DNA of 64,000 nt from Bacillota bacterium (GTDB lineage Bacteria > Bacillota_I > Bacilli_A > Izemoplasmatales > Hujiaoplasmataceae). A program made the position numbers and the translations under genes. Shown here piece by piece: positions 50,197 through 59,766 of the stretch. Below the pieces are notes generated by a model. That model saw nothing but the letters and a program-made list of their open reading frames with translations, was not told the DNA's origin and did no database searches. Each line of letters begins with the position of its first letter. Within the stretch, counting starts at the first letter, position 1. The stretch covers positions 1-64,000 of the forward strand of contig JAHIRM010000049.1 in NCBI GenBank assembly GCA_018818595.1. Reading direction: 5' to 3'.

Positions 50197-51333
50197 ATGA
50201 AATCATTATTTAAGAAAATTCTGATAGCAACATTATTTTTGCTAGTATTTTCTTTATGGGGATGTAAAGAAGAAATTGGTACCGAAGGTTTAGTCTATGA
50301 ATTAATTGAAGATCAATCTGAATATGCGGTCGTCGGTTATACGGGCGACTCATTTGAAGTCATTATTCCATCTACTTACAATAGCATTCCAGTAACTGAA
50401 ATTCGCTATACAACTTTTTCAGGGAACGGTACAATCAACCTCTATATTACCGGCCTCACGCTTCCAGATAGTATTACTAGCATCGAAGAGAACGCGCTGG
50501 GAGTATTGACAAGCTTGTCGGAACTTCGCGTGCCGAAAAAGATTGAAGATGTCGGATCAGCTTTGACATGGATTTTGACAAGAGTCTCGCTAACGATTCC
50601 AAAAGGACACCTATACTTGAAAGAAACAAAGATTGACGGTTACAAAGCGATAACCTCAAAAGACGGATCTCGCTTAGTTTGGATTGAAAATCCAAGTGAA
50701 GAAAATATTACGATAACCATTCCCGATAACATAGTAATAATCGATGATTATGCAATGTTATCCACGGATTTCGGAGGAATTGTATTGCCGAAGACGCTTG
50801 AAGAAGTGGGAATAGGTGCATTCTATGACACCCCCAATACCACCATCAATATCCCTGCAGGCATTAAGATCATCCAAGGTGCTGCGTTTGCCTTTTCAAG
50901 TTTCGTTGGCGAACTGGTTTTGCCAGAAGGGTTAGAAGAGGTAGGAGGTAACGCCTTCGGTAGCAATCAACTGACTGGTATTGTATTTCCTTCAACAATC
51001 ACAAGTTTGGCAAGAGGCATTTTTGGTAATCATCCCAATATAATTAATAAAAACTGCGTCACACGTGTTGAATTCAAAACAAGAGATTTTTTACCAGTTG
51101 ATGAATTGGCAGATTATTTTGTTTGGTTTTTTTCGCTTAACTATAGATATGCTTACTATTTAAATCACACGTCTCCAGACATTAAAATTGAAATTGTTTT
51201 TTCCATGAGTGCTGAAGACAATGCAATCATGGACGAAGCTTTTTGGATTGGACACGCTGTTGAAGCAATCGATTCGGATACAGTAGGAGGTTTCGAGGGC
51301 TATTATTTCGCAACAACAAGTATCGATAATTAA
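50197..51333 (+). CDS. leucine-rich-repeat (BspA-like) lipoprotein
   Basis: MKSLFKKILIATLFLLVFSLWGC lipobox; ATG at 50197 preceded by a GAAGGAGGG RBS; repeated LxxLxLPxxLxxIGxxAF units. Confidence 0.6.
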   Translation: MKSLFKKILIATLFLLVFSLWGCKEEIGTEGLVYELIEDQSEYAVVGYTGDSFEVIIPSTYNSIPVTEIRYTTFSGNGTINLYITGLTLPDSITSIEENALGVLTSLSELRVPKKIEDVGSALTWILTRVSLTIPKGHLYLKETKIDGYKAITSKDGSRLVWIENPSEENITITIPDNIVIIDDYAMLSTDFGGIVLPKTLEEVGIGAFYDTPNTTINIPAGIKIIQGAAFAFSSFVGELVLPEGLEEVGGNAFGSNQLTGIVFPSTITSLARGIFGNHPNIINKNCVTRVEFKTRDFLPVDELADYFVWFFSLNYRYAYYLNHTSPDIKIEIVFSMSAEDNAIMDEAFWIGHAVEAIDSDTVGGFEGYYFATTSIDN

Positions 51334-51409
51334 AAATGAGGTTGTTAACTGTGAAGTGATAAGAAGCGGTATTATAAATAATCAAATCAAATAATATGCA
51401 TATCAAAAT

Positions 51410-51433
51410 ATAGCCCTTAGGGGCTTTTTTTAT
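51410..51433 (+). terminator. Rho-independent terminator
   Basis: agccc-ttag-gggct hairpin plus T7. Confidence 0.6.
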
Positions 51434-51659
51434 GTGCATTTCACGAATTTATATTATTTGATATGATAATTAAGTGCTTTCTTTATTTTTAGAGTTTTTC
51501 TGAAATAATGATAACGTTTTTTTCAAACAAAATTAAAAGGCGTAACTTCTATTGAATATAGAAATTACGTCTTAATTAACAAAATAATTTTTAATCTTAT
51601 AGTTCTTTACGTATTCAGTAATACTTTGTCCATTTAATTTTTTGTAATAACATCGTATT

Positions 51660-53762
51660 TTAGAAAATGGAAAAAGTTAAAAAGATGATAGCTAACAGAC
51701 TTGCGACAAGACTAACAACCGTAATTTGAGTATTAATGGAAGGACCTGCAGTATCTTTAAATGGATCTCCTACGGTATCGCCTATGACTGCGGCTTTATG
51801 AGTATCGCTACCTTTTCCTCCATGATGTCCAGCTTCAATGTATTTTTTACCATTATCCCACAAGCCACCACTGTTTGACATGAATAACGCTAGTAATAAG
51901 CCGCTCACGATGTTTCCAGCTAAAAAACCACCAATGGCATAGACCCCACCTACAAGACCGACTACGACTGTAATAACGATTGTAAATAGGCCTGCAGGAA
52001 TTAATTCCTTAAGGGCACCTTTTGTTGCAATTTCAATACATTTATCTGATTCAGGCATAACCCCTTCAACGCCTTCTTTTAATCCAGGAATTTCTTCAAA
52101 TTGACGGTGAATTTCTTTGACCATTCGCTCAGAGTTTCTTGTAACTCCTAGCATTAAAAGTGCACTAAATACTGCTGGTACTGCAGCTCCGATTAATAAA
52201 CCGAAAAATACCAAAGGATTCATAATATCAAATCCAACAATTTGGTCTATTGCAAGATTTAATTCAACGATTGAAGTATTGACTTCGGTAATAAAAGCTC
52301 CTAATAAAGAAATAACTGTAAGTCCTGCTGCACCAATTGCAAATCCTTTTGTTACGGCTTTAACAGTATTTCCTGCAGAATCTAGAGTATCAGTAATCTT
52401 GATTACTTCTTCACCTAGTCCTCCCATTTCTGCTAAACCTCTTGCATTATCCACAATAGGTCCGTAAGCATCATTTGAAATAATCATACCAACTATTGAA
52501 AGCATTCCAACAGCGGCCATAGAAATTCCAAATAGTGCGTATTGAGTTTGAAGCTCTGGTGTAGCTCCAAGTGGAGCAGTGATTTTATATGCTGCAAAAG
52601 CAGAAACAGCAATTCCTATCATTGCAGGAAGCACAGATAAGAACCCATAACTAATTCCAGAAATAATAGTAAGCGCAGGTCCACTTTCACTAGCTTTTGC
52701 TGTGTTTCTAACCGGTTTTTTAGAGTCGTCCGTAAAATAATCTGTTGCAATTCCAACTACCACTCCAACTAACAGACCAATTAAAGCAGCAAAATAGATT
52801 CTCCATTGAAAATGGAAAAGTAAAGTTGCTAGTGCAGTTAGTAATGCAAAAATAATAGTTGTAGTATAAGTACTCATATTTAATGCTCTAGTAGGATTGC
52901 CGTTTTTTCCCATTTTTGCAGATGCTACTCCAATAATGGAAGAAAGCAATCCAATTCCAGCATAGGCAAAAACCATTGTTGAATTGTGAGATCCAGTCAA
53001 AGTATCAATGGCAACTGCCATGACAAGTGCTGCAGCCATAGAAGCAACGTGAGAGTCAAACAAATCAGCGCCCATTCCGGCAACATCTCCTACGTTATCT
53101 CCTACATTATCTGCAATAACTGCAGGGTTTCTAGGATCATCTTCAGGTATTCCTAATTCGATTTTTCCAACTAAATCTGCTGAAATATCGGCAGTTTTAG
53201 TAAAAATCCCGCCACCGGCTTTTGCAAAAAGAGCAAGAGAAGAAGCACCAAAACTAAAGCCTAATAACATCGTTGGATTTTCTGTAATCCAAAACACAAG
53301 TGAAATACCTAATAAACTAGCTCCAACAACCGCCATTCCCATGACAGCTCCTCCACGAAAGCCAGCTAGAAAACTTGGTCTAATTCCTTTTTGGGCAGCC
53401 TCGGCAGTTTTCATATTGGCAATGGTAGCTACAAATATACCGATTTTACCAGCAAAAGCACTAAAAATTGTTCCTGATAAATAAGCAATCGTAATTGTTA
53501 TGTTATCAATAATTTCACCTTTCCAAATAGGTGAAGGTAAAAAAACAAAGATAAGAATTGAAACGATAAAGGCAAATTTTGCTAATATAATATATTCTTT
53601 CTTTAAAAAAGTATTTGCACCGCTTTTAATTAATTCACCGATAGAGTGAATCTTTTCGTTGGTACTTTCTTGTCTTTTAACCCAACTATAAAGCCATCCT
53701 GCAAATCCAAAGGCAAGCATAGCTATTACTATACAAAAAATAATTGCGAAAATCGTGTTCAT
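51660..53762 (-). CDS. hppA: membrane-bound proton/sodium-translocating pyrophosphatase
   Basis: 700 aa, about 16 TM helices, conserved GGG/DNVGDNVGD motifs of H+-PPases. Confidence 0.9.
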   Translation of the reverse strand: MNTIFAIIFCIVIAMLAFGFAGWLYSWVKRQESTNEKIHSIGELIKSGANTFLKKEYIILAKFAFIVSILIFVFLPSPIWKGEIIDNITITIAYLSGTIFSAFAGKIGIFVATIANMKTAEAAQKGIRPSFLAGFRGGAVMGMAVVGASLLGISLVFWITENPTMLLGFSFGASSLALFAKAGGGIFTKTADISADLVGKIELGIPEDDPRNPAVIADNVGDNVGDVAGMGADLFDSHVASMAAALVMAVAIDTLTGSHNSTMVFAYAGIGLLSSIIGVASAKMGKNGNPTRALNMSTYTTTIIFALLTALATLLFHFQWRIYFAALIGLLVGVVVGIATDYFTDDSKKPVRNTAKASESGPALTIISGISYGFLSVLPAMIGIAVSAFAAYKITAPLGATPELQTQYALFGISMAAVGMLSIVGMIISNDAYGPIVDNARGLAEMGGLGEEVIKITDTLDSAGNTVKAVTKGFAIGAAGLTVISLLGAFITEVNTSIVELNLAIDQIVGFDIMNPLVFFGLLIGAAVPAVFSALLMLGVTRNSERMVKEIHRQFEEIPGLKEGVEGVMPESDKCIEIATKGALKELIPAGLFTIVITVVVGLVGGVYAIGGFLAGNIVSGLLLALFMSNSGGLWDNGKKYIEAGHHGGKGSDTHKAAVIGDTVGDPFKDTAGPSINTQITVVSLVASLLAIIFLTFSIF

Positions 53763-53989
53763 TGTTTCAGCTCCATTCTGTAAATCATCTTTTATAATTT
53801 TATCATGAATTTAATATCAATTCAATAAGGTTTCTATAAGAAATATAATTCAATATTAATATTAATAATTTATTAAATTAAATAGTTCAATGAATTGATT
53901 TTTTAACTTGTATTGACAAGACTTTAAGGCTATGATACATTATACTTAATTTGAAATTAGAAAAAATAATAGAAATTGGAGGAATAATT

Positions 53990-54151
53990 GTGAAAAAATG
54001 GGTATGTGAAGTATGTGGGTATATTTATGATCCAAAATTTGGCGATCCTGATGGTGGAATAGAAGCAGGTACTTCATTTGAAGATATTCCAGATAGTTGG
54101 GTTTGTCCTGATTGTGGTGTTACAAAAGAAAACTTTAGTCCAATTGAATAG
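53990..54151 (+). CDS. rubredoxin
   Basis: [12 protein letters not shown] and WVCPDCG motifs; 53 aa from a GTG at 53990 preceded by a TTGGAGGA RBS (the ORF-track start at 53951 is an extension). Confidence 0.8.
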   Translation: MKKWVCEVCGYIYDPKFGDPDGGIEAGTSFEDIPDSWVCPDCGVTKENFSPIE

Positions 54152-54165
54152 TAAAATATAGTAAA

Positions 54166-54197
54166 ACAATCGCCAATAGTGGCGATTGTTTTTTTTA
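54166..54197. terminator. bidirectional hairpin terminator between rubredoxin (+) and ridA (-)
   Basis: acaatcgcc-aatagt-ggcgattgt stem followed by T8. Confidence 0.65.
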
Positions 54198-54208
54198 AGA
54201 TATGAGAT

Positions 54209-54586
54209 TTAAATTACAGCAATTGCATCAATTTCAACGAGTGCATCTTTAGGAAGTTTACTTACTTCAACGGTGACTCTTGCAGGTTTATGAGAATCGA
54301 AGAAAGATTGATATACTTCATTCATTTTAGGAAAATCGCTCATATTTTTTAAATAAACTGTGCATTTAACAATATCTTCTTTTTTAAGGTTTGAAGCGAG
54401 TACAATTTGTAAAATGTTTTCAAGAGATTGTTTGGTTTGACACTCAATACAATTTCCTACGAATTGATTTGTGTGTGGATGAATTGGAAGTTGACCAGAT
54501 ACATACAACGTATTACTTGTAAGAACTGCTTGAGAATAGGGACCAATTGCTTGAGGTGCATTATTTGACGTGATGGGTTTGTTCAT
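54209..54586 (-). CDS. ridA: RidA/YjgF-family reactive-intermediate (enamine/imine) deaminase
   Basis: 125 aa; YjgF/chorismate-mutase-like fold motifs (APQAIGPYSQA, PARVTVEV). Confidence 0.85.
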   Translation of the reverse strand: MNKPITSNNAPQAIGPYSQAVLTSNTLYVSGQLPIHPHTNQFVGNCIECQTKQSLENILQIVLASNLKKEDIVKCTVYLKNMSDFPKMNEVYQSFFDSHKPARVTVEVSKLPKDALVEIDAIAVI

Positions 54587-54725
54587 ATAAAACCCTCCTT
54601 ATAAATTACATTATAGATAGTAAGAAGAGTAATATCAAGAGTAATAATGAATTAATAATTGAATTTATCTTGAAATTCTTGAAAGTTGTATGTAAAATTA
54701 AATCATATACAAAGGAGAACTAATT

Positions 54726-55127
54726 ATGAAAAAATTTATAAAAGAGTTTGGGTTATTTATTTCAAAAGGAAATGCGTTGGATTTAGCGATTGGAATTGTA
54801 ATAGGAACTGCATTTAATGCTATTATAAAAAGCTTAGTAAATGATATAATTATGCCACTTATTAGTTTGTTAACAAAAGGAGACGTTAAAAGTCTATATG
54901 TTGTTTTAAAGGGCACTGCAACCTATGATCAAACTTTAGGACAATTAATTTTATCAGAAGATGCAGTACTCCTTACTTATGGAAATTTTATTCAGTCTAT
55001 TTTTGATTTTTTGATTGTCGCTTTAGCTGTCTTTCTAGCATTAAAAGTTATTATGACATTTCGAACGAAAATTGAACTCTTAAAAAATCAAGTTGTAAAT
55101 ATAGAACAATCAGAATCAAATACATAA
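54726..55127 (+). CDS. mscL: large-conductance mechanosensitive channel
   Basis: FKEFGLFISKGNALDLAIGIVIGTAFNAII N-terminus typical of MscL. Confidence 0.85.
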   Translation: MKKFIKEFGLFISKGNALDLAIGIVIGTAFNAIIKSLVNDIIMPLISLLTKGDVKSLYVVLKGTATYDQTLGQLILSEDAVLLTYGNFIQSIFDFLIVALAVFLALKVIMTFRTKIELLKNQVVNIEQSESNT

Positions 55128-55221
55128 TGATTTGATATTAATAAAAACTTGTATCTGTTGTGTTTCACTGGTGTAAAACGCTTTCTTTTGATATAATGTA
55201 TTTAGTAACGGGAGGGATAGT

Positions 55222-56046
55222 ATGAAAGTAAAACAAAATTATCAACTTCAAAACGGAATTTCCATTCCATCTATTGGTTTTGGAACGTGGCAAATTCCAA
55301 ACGGAGAAATGGCTTATAACGCAACTTTAGAAGCTTTAAAAATAGGTTATAGACATATTGACACTGCGGCTGCATATCAAAATGAAGAATCGGTTGGCAA
55401 AGCCATAAAAGATTCGGGATTAAAAAGAGAAGAAGTTTTTATTACTTCTAAATTAAGAGCAGATATGAAAGGGTATCAAGTAGCTTTAGATGAATTTGAC
55501 AAAACAATAAATAAATTAGGTGTTGATTACTTAGATTTGTACTTAATCCACGCTCCGAAACCTTGGGGAAAAGAAGGGGACGGAATTGAATACAATAATT
55601 TAAACGTTGAAACATGGAAGGCATTTATTAAATTATACCAAGAAGGTAAAATTCGAGCAATTGGTGTTTCAAATTTTAGACCAGAACACTTAATCCCTTT
55701 AGTAGAAGAAACACGTTTTGCTCCACATATAAATCAAATTTACTTATGTCCTGGAGCTTTACAAACTGAAACAGTTCTTTATGCTAAAAATTATGATATC
55801 TTAATTGAAGCCTATTCACCATTTGCAACGGGACGTTTGTTTAAAGTGGAACAAATTCATGAAATTGCCAAAAAATATAATCGTAGTGCGGCACAATTAG
55901 CTATTCGATGGAGTTTACAACACGGATTTTTGCCACTGCCAAAATCAGTAACTCCAGCTAGAATTGAAAGTAATTTTGATGTGTTTGATTTTGAAATTTC
56001 AGAAGAAGATATGATGATTATTGATCATCTTGAAATTCCAAGATAA
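55222..56046 (+). CDS. aldo/keto reductase
   Basis: AKR catalytic tetrad context (D, Y in AAAYQNE, K, H in LIHAP). Confidence 0.85.
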   Translation: MKVKQNYQLQNGISIPSIGFGTWQIPNGEMAYNATLEALKIGYRHIDTAAAYQNEESVGKAIKDSGLKREEVFITSKLRADMKGYQVALDEFDKTINKLGVDYLDLYLIHAPKPWGKEGDGIEYNNLNVETWKAFIKLYQEGKIRAIGVSNFRPEHLIPLVEETRFAPHINQIYLCPGALQTETVLYAKNYDILIEAYSPFATGRLFKVEQIHEIAKKYNRSAAQLAIRWSLQHGFLPLPKSVTPARIESNFDVFDFEISEEDMMIIDHLEIPR

Positions 56047-56076
56047 ATCATTGCTGTAATTCACAGGAGAATTCAA

Positions 56077-56703
56077 ATGAAAATAATTGATGTAGATAGT
56101 TGGCATCGCAAAAAACATTATAACTATTATAAAGATTTTGATTTGCCTCACTTTAGCATTACTGCAAATGTTGATATTACAAACTTATACCATTTTGCTA
56201 AGAAAAATCAAACTTCATTTTTTGCAACTTTATTATATTATGTAATGAAAGTTGTCAACGATATTCCAGAATTAAAATATCGAATTCGCGGGAATGAAGT
56301 AATTTTACATGACACCATTCACCCATCTTATACTGTATTAGCAAACGAGGATTTGTTTCAATTTGTTACGTCAACCTTTACCGAAGATTTTCAAGCCTTT
56401 CTTCACAAGGTAGATCAAGACATAGACTATGTCAAAATCCATGAAAATTTAGATGACATTCCAGGAAAAGATGATTTAATCTATATTTCGGCTATTCCGT
56501 GGGTAACATTCACCAATTTAAGTCATCCGTTTGATACTAAACACCCAGATTCGATACCTAGAATTTCATGGGGTAAATTTTTTAAAGAAAATGATCGAGT
56601 TATAATTCCGATATCTTTATCGGCACATCATGCATTATGTGATGGAATTCATGTAGGAAAATTTTATCAGTTATTATCAAATACAATAAACTCAATTCAA
56701 TAA
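56077..56703 (+). CDS. cat: type A chloramphenicol O-acetyltransferase
   Basis: 208 aa; collinear with classical CAT, including WHRKKHY, HPSYTV and the catalytic SAHHALCDGIHVGKF motif. Confidence 0.8.
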   Translation: MKIIDVDSWHRKKHYNYYKDFDLPHFSITANVDITNLYHFAKKNQTSFFATLLYYVMKVVNDIPELKYRIRGNEVILHDTIHPSYTVLANEDLFQFVTSTFTEDFQAFLHKVDQDIDYVKIHENLDDIPGKDDLIYISAIPWVTFTNLSHPFDTKHPDSIPRISWGKFFKENDRVIIPISLSAHHALCDGIHVGKFYQLLSNTINSIQ

Positions 56704-56707
56704 CAAT

Positions 56708-56740
56708 AAAAGCGCTAATTCTTTTGCGCTTTTTCTTTTC
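56708..56740 (+). terminator. Rho-independent terminator after cat
   Basis: aaaagcgc ... gcgctttt stem followed by a T-run. Confidence 0.6.
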
Positions 56741-56742
56741 AT

Positions 56743-56772
56743 TTGACAAGAGTTAATATATAATGTTATAAT
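56743..56772 (+). promoter_or_regulatory. sigma-A type promoter TTGACA-18-TATAAT for the cop operon
   Basis: Hexamers at 56743-56748 and 56767-56772. Confidence 0.55.
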
Positions 56773-56797
56773 ATACATCACGGGGGGTGGGGTGTAT
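56769..56797 (+). promoter_or_regulatory. G-rich pseudo-palindromic candidate CsoR operator overlapping the -10 and RBS
   Basis: TATACATCACGGGGGGTGGGGTGTATG: outer TATACA/TGTAT arms flank G6 and G4 tracts, a striking GC island in an AT-rich genome. Confidence 0.4.
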
Positions 56798-59066
56798 GAA
56801 ACAAAAATTTGATGTCAGAGGAATGACGTGTGCAGCTTGTCAATCAAATGTTGAAAAAGACGTATTAAAAGTATCAGGAGTAAAAGAAGTGAGCGTTTCA
56901 TTGCTCACAAATTCTATGATTGTTGATTTTGATGAAGAACAAAGTAATGTTGATTCCATCATTAAATCTGTTGAAAAAGGTGGATATCACGCCTCTATCG
57001 TAGGAATAAAGAAATCAAATGATATAGATCCTCAACTATTGGAATATAAAACAATGAAAAAACGATTGATCGTTTCTTCAATTTTCTTTATTCCTTTATT
57101 ATATTTATCTATGGGAACAATGATAGGACTTCCTTTACCTTTTATGTTTAATGGTTTATCAAATAGCGTCACTTTTGCCTTTACTCAGTTTTTACTTACA
57201 CTTCCAATTATATTTATTAATTTTAAATTCTTTTCCATTGGATTTTTACATTTATTCAAAAGAACTCCCAATATGGATACTCTAATTGCCTTAGGATCTT
57301 TTGCTGCCATTTTTTATGGAGTATTTGCTATTTATCAAATGGGAATTGGGCTTGGAACAAATAACTTAGGGTTAGTTGAAGAGTATCACATGAATCTCTA
57401 TTTTGAATCGGCTGGTGCTATATTAACCCTTGTAACACTAGGAAAATTTCTTGAAGCAAAAAGCAAAGGTAAAACCTCGGAATCTCTACAAAAATTGATT
57501 CATTTAGCTCCTACAATGGCTCAAGTCAAAAAAGGTGATGCTTTTGAAGAAACAAAAGTAGATCAAATAATAATTGATGATATTATTTTAATCAAGCCAG
57601 GAATGAAAATACCAGTAGATGGAATAATTCTTGAAGGAAATTCCACAATTGACGAAGCAATGATAACAGGAGAATCCTTACCAGTTGAAAAAAAAGTAGG
57701 AGATTTAGTGCTTACAGCTACGATTAATAAATCGGGATCATTTCAGTTTAAAGCCACAAAAGTAGGAGAAGATACTTCGCTTGCAACTATCATTCGATTG
57801 GTCGAAAATGCATCTAGTTCGAAAGCTCCTATTCAAAAATTAGCTGACAAAATTAGTGGTGTTTTTGTTCCTATTGTGATTGGAATTAGCTTAATAACTT
57901 TTTTAGGATGGTATTTAACAGGAAATTCATTCTCTTTTGCTTTGTCAATGTCGATAACGGTTCTTGTGATATCGTGTCCTTGTGCTCTTGGACTTGCAAC
58001 ACCAGTCGCTATCATGGTAGGCACAGGAAAAGGAGCAGAATATGGTACTTTATTTAAATCGGCACAAAGTTTGGAAACAACTCATTTAATTGATACAGTT
58101 GTTTTAGATAAAACAGGAACCATTACAAAAGGAATCTTTGAAATAACAGATATTTTACCTTTAAATGATTATTTAGAGGCTGATTTATTGAAAATTGCCT
58201 ACTCACTTGAAGATGGTTCAGAACATCCAATCGGTAAGTCCATTGTAGAATACGCAAAAACACATAATATATCAAAACAAAAAGCAAATGATTTTGAGGC
58301 GTTATCTGGTATGGGGGTGAAAGCATCCATTGGAAATGATGTGTATTTTGTAGGGAATATGGGGCTTATGACTTCTTTATCGATTTCAATTGAAGAAGTT
58401 AAGGATTATGAATTCAATTTGGCGAAACTTGGCAAAACATCGGTATATTTAGTTAAAAACAATACTATAATAGGACTAATTTCATTAAAAGATGGCGTAA
58501 AAGAAGGAAGCGTTGAAGCCATTCAAATAATGAAAAAAATGGGACTTGAAGTAATTATGCTAACGGGAGATAATCAAATTACTGCAAATGCGATTAAAGA
58601 AGATTTAAACATTTCAAAAGTATTTGCCCAAGTTTTACCAGATCAGAAAGAACAAGTAATTATTGATTTACAATCTCAAGGGAAAAAAGTAGCTATGATT
58701 GGTGATGGAATAAATGATGCCATTGCTTTAACTAGAGCTGATATCGGAATTGCTATTGGAGCTGGAAGTGATATTGCTATTGAATCTGCTGATATCGTTT
58801 TAATAAAGAATAACTTACTTGATGCAGTATTTGCATTGCAACTAAGTAAAAAAACGATGAACAATATTAAAATGAATCTATTTTGGGCGTTTTTTTACAA
58901 CATAATAGGAATTCCAATTGCTGCTGGTGTTTTTTATACGCTCGCTGGATTAAGATTAAATCCTACTTTTGGAAGTCTTGCAATGAGTTTAAGTAGTGTG
59001 ACTGTTGTTTTAAATGCATTAAGATTAAAATGGATTAAACCAAATAAAATGGAGGAAATATTATGA
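56796..59066 (+). CDS. copA: copper-translocating P1B-type ATPase
   Basis: N-terminal HMA domain GMTCAACQ; CPC in SCPCALGLATP; DKTGT phosphorylation site; GDGINDA hinge. Start at the ATG at 56796 after the G-rich RBS. Confidence 0.9.
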   Translation: MKQKFDVRGMTCAACQSNVEKDVLKVSGVKEVSVSLLTNSMIVDFDEEQSNVDSIIKSVEKGGYHASIVGIKKSNDIDPQLLEYKTMKKRLIVSSIFFIPLLYLSMGTMIGLPLPFMFNGLSNSVTFAFTQFLLTLPIIFINFKFFSIGFLHLFKRTPNMDTLIALGSFAAIFYGVFAIYQMGIGLGTNNLGLVEEYHMNLYFESAGAILTLVTLGKFLEAKSKGKTSESLQKLIHLAPTMAQVKKGDAFEETKVDQIIIDDIILIKPGMKIPVDGIILEGNSTIDEAMITGESLPVEKKVGDLVLTATINKSGSFQFKATKVGEDTSLATIIRLVENASSSKAPIQKLADKISGVFVPIVIGISLITFLGWYLTGNSFSFALSMSITVLVISCPCALGLATPVAIMVGTGKGAEYGTLFKSAQSLETTHLIDTVVLDKTGTITKGIFEITDILPLNDYLEADLLKIAYSLEDGSEHPIGKSIVEYAKTHNISKQKANDFEALSGMGVKASIGNDVYFVGNMGLMTSLSISIEEVKDYEFNLAKLGKTSVYLVKNNTIIGLISLKDGVKEGSVEAIQIMKKMGLEVIMLTGDNQITANAIKEDLNISKVFAQVLPDQKEQVIIDLQSQGKKVAMIGDGINDAIALTRADIGIAIGAGSDIAIESADIVLIKNNLLDAVFALQLSKKTMNNIKMNLFWAFFYNIIGIPIAAGVFYTLAGLRLNPTFGSLAMSLSSVTVVLNALRLKWIKPNKMEEIL

Positions 59067-59281
59067 AAAAGAAACTAATAATTAAGGGAATGAGTTGTAA
59101 ACATTGTGAAATGAGAGTTGAAAAATCACTATTAAATCTTGATGGTGTAAAAAAAGTTAAAGTAAGTTTCGTAAAAAACGAGGCCATTATTACACTAGAT
59201 CAACAAATTGAAAATTATGTATTTTTTGATTGCATTAAAGATGCTGGATATGAACTAATTACCATTGAGGAATTAGCATGA
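59063..59281 (+). CDS. copZ: copper chaperone (HMA domain)
   Basis: 72 aa with GMSCKHCE metal-binding motif. Confidence 0.8.
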   Translation: MKKKLIIKGMSCKHCEMRVEKSLLNLDGVKKVKVSFVKNEAIITLDQQIENYVFFDCIKDAGYELITIEELA

Positions 59282-59538
59282 AAGCAGATCACAAAGAAGT
59301 AATTAAATACTTAAATACTGCAAAAGGTCAAATCGAAGGTATCTTAAAAATGGTGGATGAAGATCGATATTGCATCGAAATTTCACATCAACTTTTAGCT
59401 TCTACGGCCATCCTAAAAAAAGCAAATCAACTTGTGCTACAAGCACATTTGAATTCATGTGTTAAAGATACATTGACAGAAGATGCTACGATTAAAATTC
59501 AAGAAATTATTCAAATCATTGATAAATTGAATAAGTAA
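59278..59538 (+). CDS. csoR: CsoR/RcnR-family metal-sensing transcriptional repressor
   Basis: 86 aa; conserved Cys...His-Cys ligands (YCIEISHQ ... C) of the CsoR family. Confidence 0.7.
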   Translation: MKADHKEVIKYLNTAKGQIEGILKMVDEDRYCIEISHQLLASTAILKKANQLVLQAHLNSCVKDTLTEDATIKIQEIIQIIDKLNK

Positions 59539-59547
59539 AAAGACATC

Positions 59548-59575
59548 TTGAAAACATAAAAAAACATGTTATAAT
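59548..59575 (+). promoter_or_regulatory. candidate promoter TTGAAA-16-TATAAT upstream of the cobalamin riboswitch
   Basis: Hexamers at 59548-59553 and 59570-59575. Confidence 0.4.
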
Positions 59576-59594
59576 TAATCAGTCATAAAAATAA

Positions 59595-59732
59595 TTCATT
59601 AGGTGTATAACAGGGAATGAAGTGTAATTCTTCAACTGTACCAGCAACCGTAATGTGGATGAATCTATAATAGCCATTGTTAAATCGAGAAGGCATAGAT
59701 TTATTTGAAGCGAAGTCGGGAGACCTACCTAA
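59595..59732 (+). ncRNA. cobalamin (B12) riboswitch
   Basis: GGTG...AGGGAA...GTGTAA...CTGTACCAGCAACCGTAA...GCCATTG...GAAGGC...B12-box AGTCGGGAGACCTACC at 59714-59729; sits directly upstream of the DUF4430 gene RBS. Confidence 0.75.
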
Positions 59733-59766
59733 TTAATTAAATATAATTTCATAGAAGAGGGATAAA

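Noticed and set aside
56781-56791. G10 tract as a G-quadruplex or slippage site
   Set aside because: It contains only two G-runs, too few for a quadruplex. Its position between the -10 and the RBS of a CsoR-controlled operon makes an operator or RBS role more parsimonious.
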